DNA of 64,000 nt from Octopus sinensis (Eukaryota): assembly GCF_006345805.1 (NCBI RefSeq), contig NC_043001.1:90830001-90894000 (forward strand), read 5' to 3'. The position numbers and the translations under genes are program-made. Positions 13,267-25,646 of this stretch are shown one piece after another. Numbering within the stretch: the first letter of the stretch is position 1; each line of letters starts with the position of its first letter. The notes under the pieces are model-generated. The model was not told where the DNA came from, made no database searches, and worked only from the letters and a program-made list of their open reading frames with translations.

Positions 13267-15684
13267 TGGTGATAGTGGCTGTCAAATCACATATACACAT
13301 ACATGCACAGATAGACAAGACAGACATCTCCAGCTATTAAACCTTTTATCCAACTTGAGGTGTTATGGCAGATGAATGCCCTAAGTAATTTTCTTACAAA
13401 ATAAAAACTTCATTTTATTGAAGTTCTTTTCAGATCTAAAACATCTGAATATGTTTTATTAAACATCTTAACAAATAAGATGTCTTGTTTGTTTGCTTTT
13501 TATAGAGAGTGGACCAAAAGTCATGCATCAAAACATTTGATGTTTTATTCATATTACATCGTCATCATTATCATTTATTTTGTTCAACATGTGCAAGTAC
13601 ATATGTATTCACCCTTATTTTATTTATTTTATTCAGCTTTAGGAAAATTGAAGCATGTCTTTGACAATTCCAAAGTGCATTGAACTTATTTTATGCATGA
13701 ATTTTGGCCCACCCTGTATTATTAATAAAGCAATTGCTTGTCTGAAAACAGTATTTCTAGTTCTCACTATCTCATAGAACCTTTTGTACATGTAGTAATC
13801 TCTTATTATAAAAGGCAGATTTTATCTGCCTCCCTTTGTATCTTATAGAAATCTACAATATAGGATTTCTTCAATTACAATTTACCTAGCATTTTTAAGA
13901 GTAGAATGCATCGGGTCATGCCAGGTCCAGTTTTTAAAATTTAAACTCCAATTAAGCGAAATTTACAGAAAACTCACATTTTGGTGTGTATGTCAAATGC
14001 TTTTCTTAGTCTGGTTTACAGCACACGCAAACGCACACACACAGTGTGCTACGAATAAAGTGAAAGTAATTCAGTGTGTTGACAGGTAGACAATAGAATG
14101 CGATGACGATGGCGAGGTAATATTTGTTTCTGTCTATGACGCTGATAGATACATGAGTAAAATGTATGGGAAGCTAACAGATAAGAGTGAGTGAAAATGT
14201 TCTTGGAAGAGAGTAAATAGCGAGAGAGAGTGATTTGAGGAAGACTTTACATTAAATAACCGTAGTGGCTTGTGTTAGTAATAAAGTAAACATACACTCA
14301 TACATACATACATACATACATACATACATACATACATACATACATACACACACATACACACACACATACATACATACACACACACATACATACATACACA
14401 CATACATACATATACATACATACATACATACATACATACACACACACACATACACACACACCACACACACACACACACACACATACATGGTGATAGTGGC
14501 TGTCAAATCACATATACACATACATGCACAGATAGACAAGACAGACATCTCCAGCTATTAAACCTTTTATCCAACTTGAGGTGTTATGGCAGATGAATGC
14601 CCTAAGTAATTTTCTTACAAAATAAAAACTTCATTTTATTGAAGTTCTTTTCAGATCTAAAACATCTGAATATGTTTTATTAAACATCTTAACAAATAAG
14701 ATGTCTTGTTTGTTTGCTTTTTATAGAGAGTGGACCAAAAGTCATGCATCAAAACATTTGATGTTTTATTCATATTACATCGTCATCATTATCATTTATT
14801 TTGTTCAACATGTGCAAGTACATATGTATTCACCCTTATTTTATTTATTTTATTCAGCTTTAGGAAAATTGAAGCATGTCTTTGACAATTCCAAAGTGCA
14901 TTGAACTTATTTTATGCATGAATTTTGGCCCACCCTGTATTATTAATAAAGCAATTGCTTGTCTGAAAACAGTATTTCTAGTTCTCACTATCTCATAGAA
15001 CCTTTTGTACATGTAGTAATCTCTTATTATAAAAGGCAGATTTTATCTGCCTCCCTTTGTATCTTATAGAAATCTACAATATAGGATTTCTTCAATTACA
15101 ATTTACCTAGCATTTTTAAGAGTAGAATGCATCGGGTCATGCCAGGTCCAGTTTTTAAAATTTAAACTCCAATTAAGCGAAATTTACAGAAAACTCACAT
15201 TTTGGTGTGTATGTCAAATGCTTTTCTTAGTCTGGTTTACAGCACACGCAAACGCACACACACAGTGTGCTACGAATAAAGTGAAAGTAATTCAGTGTGT
15301 TGACAGGTAGACAATAGAATGCGATGACGATGGCGAGGTAATATTTGTTTCTGTCTATGACGCTGATAGATACATGAGTAAAATGTATGGGAAGCTAACA
15401 GATAAGAGTGAGTGAAAATGTTCTTGGAAGAGAGTAAATAGCGAGAGAGAGTGATTTGAGGAAGACTTTACATTAAATAACCGTAGTGGCTTGTGTTAGT
15501 AATAAAGTAAACATACACTCATACATACATACATACATACATACATACATACATACATACATACATACACACACATACACACACACATACATACATACAC
15601 ACACACATACATACATACACACATACATACATATACATACATACATACATACATACATACACACACACACATACACACACACAC
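13240..15684. repeat. Direct tandem duplication, 1221-bp period
   Basis: 13261 = 14482, 13799 = 15020; identical ORFs at 13480 and 14701; junction lies in a (CA)n tract at ~14460. Confidence 0.95.
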
Positions 15685-17167
15685 AGTATTGAAGCTTGAG
15701 AACAATCAGATACATTTGCAACACATCTGTTGAAAATATTATTGTTCACACACATACATATACATATATACATACAGACAACACACACACACACACACAT
15801 GATCCAGCATGGCCACAACCTCAAGGCTGAAACATATAAAAGAATAACAGAATATAAATGTGTGCATGTGTGTGAGAGAGAGAGTGTGTGTGTATATGTA
15901 TGTATGTATGTATATATATATAATAATGCGGTTTTTTCAACAGCTTGAACTAAAAGTCAGAGGGGAATGGGATAAACTACTTATATTAACTTGCTATAAA
16001 AGCAGGTAGTAATTTTATCTTGTCCTTATTCATAGTGCAAGTTTTGAAGAGTGCATTTCGATTTTAACAGCTATTTTTTTCAAAGCTATATTGGAAGTAA
16101 CAAAGGAGCATATTTGGCATATTTTGCTTTATGAGTTCAATAAAGACAACAACGCAACGGAAAGTACAAGAAATATTAATGCAGTATATGGGGATTGGAC
16201 AATAAGCGTAAGGCAGTGTCAATGGTGGTTCCAGAAATTCCGAGCCATAAACTACAGCCTAGAAGACGAGCCTCATCCTCAAAGATCTGTAGAACTCAAC
16301 AAGGACATCCTGAAAACCCTGGTGGAACAAAATATCATCGTAACTGTTGAGGAACTAGCAGAGAAGCTTGGATTTGGTCATTCAACCATTCATTGACACC
16401 TGTGTGCTATCGGAAAAGTCAGCAAATTGGGTCAATGGGTTCCTCACAAACTTTCCGAGTCTAATTGCATGCAGAGAGTGAATGTATGCTTTTCTTTGCT
16501 GTCACATCTCACCACTACTGCGCTATGTATATCTATATATATAAAACTGTAGTTGTGTGAGTGTCTGTCCCCTTCGATTTAGATTCCTAACTACTCCCAC
16601 ATTTTGCGGTGCAGTTTAACCAAATTCGGGTAGCTTATAGTCGTGATTCATATCGAGCCCGTCTGAGTATTAGCGCACGTCTACGATGAGTCTACGATTT
16701 TAAAAATAATTTAACATCGTTTTTTATTCCATTTTAATACATAATTTTTTGTGTGTCGATGGCGGCGGAGTTGGCGTCCACGCTCACACCTGCACCTGTG
16801 GGGAAGGGAGTGTAAGGAAATCAACGTCGTAATGCGTTGTCAAGGAGACCAGCGTTCTTTTAGAACAACGACTTCATGGCTTGAAGACACCAAAACAGAA
16901 ATGGCTAAGAAAGCGTCTACATGAGTCTACGATTTAAAAAAAATTTACCATCGTTTTTTTTCCATTTTAATGCATTTTTTCGCTATTATATAAGGGAAGT
17001 AACTCTCTAAAAATGTCTACGATGAGTCAACGATTTAAAAAAAAATTTACCATCATATTTTTTCCATTTTTAATGCATTTTTTGCTATTTTTTGGCTATA
17101 ACTCTCTAAAAATGCTTAAATAGTTATTTCCCTTACAAACCCGAGCAACGCCAGGCGATACTGCTAG
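15020..17167 (+). mobile_element. Composite non-autonomous Helitron, copy A
   Basis: A|TC 5' end with AGGCAGAT-TTT-ATCTGCCT hairpin; internal second Helitron 5' end at 16532; 3' hairpin + CTAG|T; second copy at 25647-27443 with different flanks. Confidence 0.85.
15925..16510 (+). pseudogene. mariner transposase 5' fragment captured inside the Helitron
   Basis: EVTKEHIWHILLYEF..WFQKFR..LEDEPHPQRS..TVEELAEKLG..STIH*HL..GKVSKLGQWVPHKL (WVPHEL motif). Confidence 0.9.
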
Positions 17168-17720
17168 TCTATTATATAAAATCCGTTCTGTCTGTCTGTG
17201 TGTCTTCTAGGATCTTGGGCATCCTCCATCCGATTGCACTCAAATTTGATATGTAGATACTGACAGTATCAGGGCATGCATAAGTCTTGAAAAAATTACA
17301 AAAATCGATTCCAGGTGAGAATGTGATCGCTAAAGCTGTGGGAACGTGCATTTGTACGTGCAAGTACATCAGCTGTTGCGATCAATACTACGTGTATGCA
17401 AGAAAAATGCACGTGCAGTTTGTGCCAAAAAACCCAGCTGGGTTGAAATAATGCCACAAAATGCAGTATATTTAAGAGACCAAAAAAGTAAGATGCAAAA
17501 GAGATATTTTCTTCAAACTTGGCATGAAGGAAGGAAAGACTATTTGGTTTCTCAAGAAGTTTTTTTTTTTCCTTAACTTCGTTTAACAAAACCAAAAATT
17601 TTATTGAAATAAAGGCATGCTTAATTATTTTTTAATGAAAAGAAAACACTGATTGCTTTTAATCAGCAGATATGATTCAGCACCATCCATTGGAGGGGGG
17701 GGGGGGCGTTTTGCTCATCT
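17168..17720 (+). mobile_element. Helitron-like element 5' part abutting the preceding Helitron
   Basis: TCTATTATATAAAATCCG followed by (ctgt)n immediately after CTAG; 3' end not found. Confidence 0.5.
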
Positions 17721-18429
17721 TATATATATGTATATGAATATCAGTAATTATTTACTTTATGTAAATGTGAAAGAAACAATTTCTTAACTTTTCCTCATCT
17801 GATGGAACTATCAATAATTATTGTATAACTTCAGGAATTTGACACAAAGTATGCCGAAGTATAATTTGATTGCAGTACTGCTCATTAACTAAACACTTAC
17901 TGGTTTAAAATTCCACATTCTGCCAGTAATAATAAAGCTATATCTCTTAACTTTAACCTACTTATGAGGTGGGGGCTCTATGTGATCATTCAACAAGCCA
18001 GAAATTGCAATCAAATGTCCCTCATAATACACACTGTCACATTGCAAATAAAAGGATGCATTGGACAATGTTGGCCATAATATGCATAAAAACAGGATGA
18101 CCATAGTGGATATCTTAGATCAAAGATTTCCTTAGTCACGTTTAAAAATTAAAAAAAACAACACAATACCAACCTATTATAGGTAGACAAACTGTGTTAG
18201 TGAGAGTGAAGTGTCAAGGCCATATATATAGGTCATAAAGACTGGTTAGTAACAAGATATCAACTCTTTATTCTATGTGTGTGTGTGTGTGTGCGCGCAT
18301 GTGTGTTTCTGTATGTATGAATGTTTGTGTGTGTGTGTGTGTGTGCGCACGCACACACACATGTATATAGGATGCACACCCACACACATATATATATATA
18401 TGTATGTGTGTGTGTGCATCTTTTATTTT

Positions 18430-18790
18430 TTTACTTGTTTCAGTCATTAGACTGTGGCCATGCTAGGGCACTACTAGGAAGAAAATTTTTAGTTGAATGA
18501 CTCAACCTTAGTACTTATTTTTTTAAGCCTGGTACTTACTTTATCAATCTCTTTTGCCAGACCACTAAGTTATGGCGACATAAACACATTAACACCAGTT
18601 GTCAAGTGGTGGTAGGGGGCAAACACACACACACACACAACAGGCTTCTTTCAGTTTCATTCTACCAAATCCACTCACAAGGTTTTGGTCAGCCTGAGGC
18701 TATATAGTAGAAGACTGGTGCCACACAGTGGGACTGAACCTGGAACCATGAGGTTGGGAAACAAACTTCTTACCACACAGTCATTCCTGT
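18430..18790 (-). mobile_element. SINE family A
   Basis: Similarity to 10983-11376. Confidence 0.85.
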
Positions 18791-19094
18791 ACTTACTCAC
18801 AAAGGCACTTCCACAGCAGAAGTGTTAAGGCCATTGTTCTGTCTGGTGAAGAGGATTGGCCTGCAAGAGTCCTGTGCAGGTGCCATGTAAAAAAGCACTC
18901 ATGCCAGTGTCACATGTGCTAATGCAGTGGCACGTTAAAAGCACCCAGTGTTAGGAAGGGCATCCAGCTGTAGAAGCCATGCTAAATCATACTGAACCTG
19001 GCATCGCTTTCCAGCTCTAGTCAAACTGTCCAACCCGTACTGGCATAGAAAATGGATGTTAAATGATGATGATATATATTTGTGTGTATATATA

Positions 19095-19305
19095 TATCCA
19101 AACAAGAAAGCACAAAAAACACAACAACGCGAGGACGTGGAACAAATATAGTATTATTGGACGCTCAGGAAAGAAGGAAAGATGGAGGGTTTAACGTTTC
19201 GACCGGAGCTCTTCATCGGAAACATAGGAGAAGGAAAGATCCAGAGAAGGGAAGACAGAGGAAAAAAAATCGCCAACGGTACACACGAGGTCACATTTTG
19301 AAACC
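19095..19305 (-). mobile_element. Penelope-like repeat fragment with minimal hammerhead motif (19189-19223)
   Basis: Minus strand GTTT-CCGATGA-AGAGCTCCGGTC-GAAA-CG-TT-AAAC. Confidence 0.6.
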
Positions 19306-19465
19306 TATATATAGGTTATGAGAGGTAATGGTGTCAAGAAGACCCAAAGGTGTCAGGTAATGCTGAGTAAGTGCTATGGACAGGCTATAGTTAAGCTTCA
19401 GGTTCAGTGATTATGTGAAATAGGAGTCCAACGTAGATCATATATCAGCATGCATATATATAAAA

Positions 19466-19885
19466 AAATTAACTGAATGAGATAAAAATCCAAGGCCGTG
19501 AAAGATTTCAGGACATTTATAAATAGAATGTCTTACAGCTGTTTCCAGGATATTTTATATATCCCTTCATCGGAGATGGTGTGAGAAAATGGTTAAGCAA
19601 TAGTTAATCTAGATAAGATATGAAATAGAAAGTGAAGTGGGGGAATGAAAATAGATGTGAGATATGCAGGGATATTGTATCTCACATATCACATGTCTAT
19701 TTTCATTCCTCCATTTCACTCTCTATTTCATATCTTCTCTAGAATAACTATTGCTTAACCATTTTCTCACTCTGTCTCCGATAAAAGGATATATGAAATA
19801 TCCTGGAAACAGCTGTAGCACCTTCTATTTATAAATGTTCTGAAATCTTTCACAGCCTTGGACTTTTAGCTCATTCTGTTAATTT
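19466..19885. repeat. ~420-bp imperfect palindrome (Penelope-like fold-back) with a hammerhead-like motif in each arm
   Basis: Arms are reverse complements around gagatatgcagggatattgtatctc (~19670); motifs at 19531-19576 (-) and 19775-19820 (+). Confidence 0.85.
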
Positions 19886-19911
19886 ATATGTGTGTATGTG
19901 TGTGTGTATTC

Positions 19912-20513
19912 ACGGTGGGCTTCTCACCTGGAATTTGCATCACCGGTCTGGAACCCCTATCTTGCCCAGGATATTAATCGTCTGGAAGCCGTTCAGTGAT
20001 GTGCAACCAAAAGAATACCCTCCATCAGGCATTTGCCATATTCTGAATGCCTTACTTCCCTGGGCATGGACACACTGAAACTCTGACGTCTGGCAGCTGA
20101 CTTGGCAGACACCCATAAAATTATTAACCATCTTACAAACAATAACTCTGAGCACCTTTTCAAACTCCACCTGTCTAACACCCGTGGACATATTTACAAA
20201 GTCAGAAAATGGCACAGCTCCCAAGACTTTCGGAAACATTTTTTCACACTGAGAGTTGCTGAAGCATGGAACAAACTGCCTGCATCAGTTGTTAGTTGTC
20301 AGAGCACTGCATTCTTCAAAACTTCCATGCTTTCTGAGATTCGCCAACACTACACCTGATTTTCTCCCCTCCATACACACACAAGCATGTATCTGACTCA
20401 TACACTTTTCACTTTCCAGACATTTGTACATTACTGCATATACTTTATACGCACTTTCTGACAAGTTGTGGTGCACCTGAGCACTGTATACAATAATTTC
20501 ATTATTATTGTTA
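19912..20513 (+). mobile_element. CR1-clade LINE 3' fragment
   Basis: HLEFASPVWNPY..LEAVQ*CATK..NTRGH..RKHFFTLRVAEAWNKLP; 3' UTR ending in (ATT)n. Confidence 0.9.
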
Positions 20514-20650
20514 TCTTCTAAATCCACAGCAGAAGACACTTGCCAAAAGTGCTATGCAGTGGGACTGAACCATGTGGTTGAGAAGCTAACTTCTTACCAC
20601 ATACTCATACCCATGCCAATTGTTCAAGAAAATCTATTTTCTATCCCCAC

Positions 20651-21036
20651 TTAAACAATGATTGTAAAGAAGAAGGCTATAAAGAAGTAGGTTATAAATA
20701 ATTGTGAAAAAGAAGATGGTAAAGAAGTAATCATATTTAAAGACCATTTATTTTCAAAACAAACCAGTGAAAATATCATTGAAATGAATTCATCTATCAA
20801 TGAGCCTATGAAAGGATAGTAACTCAGTTCATTTTTTGCCACTGTCACTAGAGAGGTTAGCTGTGTCAGAACTAATGAGTTTCTTGATAGACTCATTCCA
20901 TTGTCTAGTTTAACATCACCACCTGCACCTTTGGTTGCAAGCATTCAGGCTAACTTTCTTGCTTGACCATGCCTTTCTTCTTCCCTTTCACTTGTCTGAG
21001 AGGCCCTGTAATGGGTCACAGGCACTACTTTTTCTC
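20651..21036 (-). other. Exon-like segment (possible terminal exon or pseudo-exon) with a single in-frame TGA
   Basis: Strong acceptor ttttcttttttaatctttcattcag ending at 21037; frame EKVVPVTHY..RKLA*MLATKGAGG.. runs to 20651; no homology recognised. Confidence 0.3.
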
Positions 21037-21488
21037 CTGAATGAAAGATTAAAAAAGAAAACAGTTTTCCTTTTATAGTTACTTCTCTCCTGGACGAATT
21101 ACATTGAGTGTAGCAAGTGAAGTCTATGTCTCTCTGTTCTTTTGGACATGGTTTTTACAACTGGATGCTTTTCCTATCAGCAAACATTTTACAGCATAGG
21201 TAAGGTGGGTTTCATCAGGATGTGCACCACTAATATTTTGTGCATGTATAAGGTTGACTTTCAATAAGATAAAACAGATAAGTTACATAAGCATGTGTTA
21301 AACAGATTTCAATTAATTTCACTCTTAATTTTCATGTAATATATCTAATGTATAAGTTACAAGTTAAATCATGCTGAAAATATCTAAAAAGAATGAAATA
21401 GTACCCTACGTGCTTACCTTCAACAAGAAATTGTAAGAACTTCATAACAGATAAACAAAAATAAATAAATAATATAATATGTGAAAGC

Positions 21489-21790
21489 GGAGGCGCAATG
21501 ACCCAGTGGTTAGGGCAGCAGACTCGTGGTTGGAGGATCACGGTTTCGATTCCCAGACTGGGCGTTGTGTGTGTTTATTGAGCGAAAACACCTAAAAGCT
21601 CCACGAGGCTCTGGCAGGGGGTGGTGGTGACTCCTGCTGTACTCTTTCGCCACAACTTTCTCTCACTCTCTCTCTTCCTGTTTCTTGAGTAACGCTGTGA
21701 TGGACTGGCATCCCGTCCAGCTGGGGGGAACACATATGCCACAGAAACCGGGAAACCGGGCCCATGAGCCTGGCTAGACTTGAAAAGGGC
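21489..21790 (+). mobile_element. tRNA-derived SINE (family B, alternative 3' module)
   Basis: A/B boxes; gatggactggcatcccgtccag segment; aatatgtgaa at 21476-21485 and 21808-21817 (putative TSD). Confidence 0.85.
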
Positions 21791-22744
21791 AATGTTTTTT
21801 TTTTTAGAATATGTGAACACTATGCATCTTCTTCCTTGTATTCCTTAATTTCAAAATTCAAATTTGTTGTGAGGGAATGGTGATCTCCCTTGCATTAACT
21901 GCCATAACCAGAAAGCGCCACATGTTTTAATTTTAGCTCTGAAGGCATTTGGGTATGCATTATATTTTTAGTAGCTGAATGTATAGTTATGTGTTTCTAA
22001 GTGTTTTTTTGTTGCTTAAACACATCTATATTTATGCTGTATTTGTTTGTATCTTCATCTATGTCTCCATATTTGAGTTTATGTTTTTCTGAATGTGTGT
22101 ATATGTAAGAGAGAAACACCTTATTTATATTTGCCATACAAATTTTCTTCATTATCTTTACACATTTGTGTTCATATCCCATGAAAAGTATTGTATTGTG
22201 TGACTGGCCAAAACAATTAACTCTAGCAGCTTAATTAAGAATATATTATTACTTGCTTCCAATTAGCATTTCTGTTTAGAGGAAGTGGTTGCTTATGTGT
22301 CTGTCTCTTTTGGTACAGAGTTAAATTTTTGGCTTTTGTCTTTTATATATATCTAAGCTGTATGTGTGTGTGTGTGTGTTTGTGTGTGTGTAATATGTAT
22401 GCCCAGTAGGTTGATGCATCTGAGTGTGTGTGCATATATTTATATGTATGCATGTATGTGTATAATATATATGTATATGTCTGAGTATGTATTTGTGTGT
22501 ATGTGGTTTCTGTGTTATCATATGTATATGTATCATCATTATAGTTTTTGTGCATTTATTTCAATACTGGCATAGAATAGACAAAACTTATTAAGATAAA
22601 TTTTCAGGAAGAGTGTCCAGTTCTTTCTGTTGCACTTCCTTGTTTTTGGACTAAGGTACTTTTCAGTCTATTAGTTCACAGACATTTGTTGACTAAAAGG
22701 CATGCACAGACACCTGCACATGCACACACACACACACAGCATGC

Positions 22745-24065
22745 AGTTTTCTTTCTGTTTATTGTAGTCCTCAAAGCCATACCAGAAGAATTTAAGACTA
22801 GTTCTCTTCTGGTATTATTGTATACTGACAACTTGGCTCTTGTAGCATCATCAACATCATCATTTCCCTGCTGTGGTGGGTTGGACAGTTTGACATGCTT
22901 CAATGAGCTGCATGCTTCAATGTCAGGTTTGGTATGATTTCTATGGCTGGATGCACTTCCTAACACCAAGAGTGCACTGAGTGCTTTTTTCACACTACCA
23001 ACACTAATGAGGTTGCCAAGTAACTTGCTAAACAAGAAAAGAACAGGAAGGAGGGAAAAAGGGGGAAAAGGAAAATGTCTCTTTGACTAAACGATTGGAG
23101 AAGGTAACATTTGCGAGGAGGAAGAGGGCCAATGGTTCTATGCTAGGTGTTGAGAAACTAAAGTATGACAGACACATGCATGGGTGTCTTGCTATAGAAA
23201 AGATACAGGGTTACCTTGCTTTATATAAGGATGGGCAGGAGTAGGTGGAAAGAAGATAGAGATGGTTCTTATATCTCAAGATATAAGAAAAAGAATTTAT
23301 AAAACAACTGAAGCTAGAAATTCCAGACATGGAAACAAAATTTGGAACTGAAGGGTCTTAAAACAAAAGTTTTAGAGTGAAGGAAGACAGGACTCTTAGA
23401 GCATCAGTGAAATAGCCATGCTGTTTCTGCAGAAAAGGATTCAGTTAAAATTCTATAAGATATGCTCAGTGTAAACATTGGACACATAAGAGGTGTAGTG
23501 GGACTGCAGGCAGGCTAACAGAGAAGGGCAGATTTCACAGCTGGGCACCAGGGCAATAAACACTAAGAGCTCTCAGAAATTAAATTGCCTTAAATTTTCA
23601 GATGGCTCCTTTGCAGTAGTTGCCTAGGTAACAAAATTAGCTGTGGCAAAAAGTGTAGTAGCCTCTACTGGCAACAATGGTCTTCTTCCTCACATTCAAG
23701 AGCAGATTATATGGTGCTTGTGTGAAGTACATTGCTATATGGCCATGAAACACGGGCTTTGAATGCTGAAGACATGCAGAGACTAGAAAGAAATGAGTTG
23801 AGCATGCTTTGATGAACCAGTTTTTGTATATGAATGACAAATAATAAATAAACTTGAGAAACAACCTGGATATAAGTAGAATCAGATGTAGTAAGAAAAG
23901 AAGTCTGTGCTGGTATAAACATACAATGTGAATGGCGAATGACATCTCTATAACTGAATGGTACTTAATGAAGATGGAGACCAAGAAAGATTGGGAATGA
24001 GATGGTGAAAGATATTCTCAAGACACCACATCTGACAAAAGAGATGATAGAGGACTGTTGACAGA
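22745..24065 (+). mobile_element. Degraded RTE LINE RT region, interrupted by an inverted RTE-tail element (~22850-23200)
   Basis: FLFIVVLKAIPEEFKT..LLYTDNLAL (YADD-derived), WKQNL, and later C-terminal RTE motifs. Confidence 0.7.
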
Positions 24066-24444
24066 AGATTTGACCTTGCCCATAAGCTTGTTAAAATGCC
24101 TGATAAAACGGTGAGATAATGTACACTCCTTTCCACCTGCCGCCTATTCTATAGCACTATACCTCCCCATCATGTCTTCTCATAGCCACTGTACTTATTC
24201 TGTACTCTTTCATTTTCCCAGAATCTCTTCTACTCATCATACAAGCCACACTTAATTGGGAAGAAAGAATTTGATCTATGTATATTGAATCACTCAGTTT
24301 CCCTTTACCTATCTTATACTCTTCCATCTCCCCAGCATCTCTTCACTCATTCATTGTGCCACATCGCACAAACTATGCATTCTAGATCCTTCCTACCTCT
24401 TACCACTCATCCTACTACTCCTCTTTCTCCCTTCCTTCAGAATC

Positions 24445-24950
24445 ATGGATGAGGCTGAAAGAAATGAGGACAAAGACATTCCTCTTTGGTAAAACCTTAT
24501 CAAGTTTTTCAAGTTTCACTTGAAAAGGAAGGTGAGTGTGGAGGGGGAGTTGCTGTCTTTGAGTGAATTTATCAAAAGGTGGGTGAAAATTGTGAAAATG
24601 GCAAGAGTGGATGGTACTGCTTTAAGTGCAGATCTGTGAGATGGAGGAAAGAAGTTGGAGAGGGCACTTGTCCTTGGTATTCAGGGAGATTTTGGATAGT
24701 GGGGTTCTCGATTATCCCTATTGGTCCTCCTGTATCAGAAGGACGCCATCATTATCAAGTTTTTTTTTTCTTCTTAGGGTTGTATATTATGTATACTTCC
24801 CTTTTAATATATACCATGTATATTTTTTCTCTTTTTTTTTATCATTCCATTATATGTAACACCCCAACACTTTATCTCTGTCTATGTATTGCCCCTGCCT
24901 CATTTGCCTGGTGACAGATAAAAGAAATCATTACTATTATTATTATTATT
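24445..24950 (+). mobile_element. L1/Tx1-like LINE 3' end
   Basis: Frame reading FFKFHLKRKV..LSLSEFIKRWVK..MARVDG; 3' UTR ending gataaaagaaatc(att)n; clade assignment from memory. Confidence 0.5.
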
Positions 24951-24951
24951 G

Positions 24952-25229
24952 TGCTGCTGGACTGGCTCCTGTGCAGGTGGCACATAAAAAATGCCATTTG
25001 AGTGTGGCCGTTGCCAGTACCACCTGACTGGCCCTCATGCCGGTGGCACGTAAAAGCACCTACTACACTCTTGGAGTGGTTGGCATTAGGAAGGGCATCC
25101 AGCTGTAGAAACTTTGCCAGATCAAGATTGGAGCCTGGTGCATCCATCTGGTTCGCCAGTCCTCAGTCAAATCGTCCAACCCATGCTAGCATGGAAAGCA
25201 GATGTTAAACGATGATGATGATGATGATT
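24952..25229 (+). mobile_element. RTE-tail element
   Basis: Nearly identical to 2540-2810. Confidence 0.9.
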
Positions 25230-25646
25230 AATGTTGGATTTTCAGAATTGTTAGATCCAATTAAAGGTTGGTTCCAGTTTTGGCACAAGTATAAGAGAAG
25301 AACACGAATAGGCTTAAAATGGAGTTTAAAATTTACTACAGCTGTTTTGGTAGCATTTTATTGATGCAGTTATAAATTACATCATAGTATAAATCCACCA
25401 TCCTCAGATAAATCTTTAAGCATGTATAAACAGGCAAAGTAAAACCTAGAAGATAGTGAGTCAGTCATCTTCAAAGTTTTACCTTGCTTGTTTATACTAT
25501 ACTATATACACTACCTTGCTTGTTTATACAGTTTAAACATGTTTAAAATTTTGCTTTGATGCAATCTATGATTGCATCAATAAAATGCTACCAAAACAGC
25601 TGTGGTAAATTTAAAACCCCACTTGCACTCTTCTTTTATATATATA

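Noticed and set aside
14252-15948. CVCMYV/HTYI ORFs (also at ~26 kb and ~22.4 kb)
   Set aside because: (TACA)n/(CA)n artefacts.
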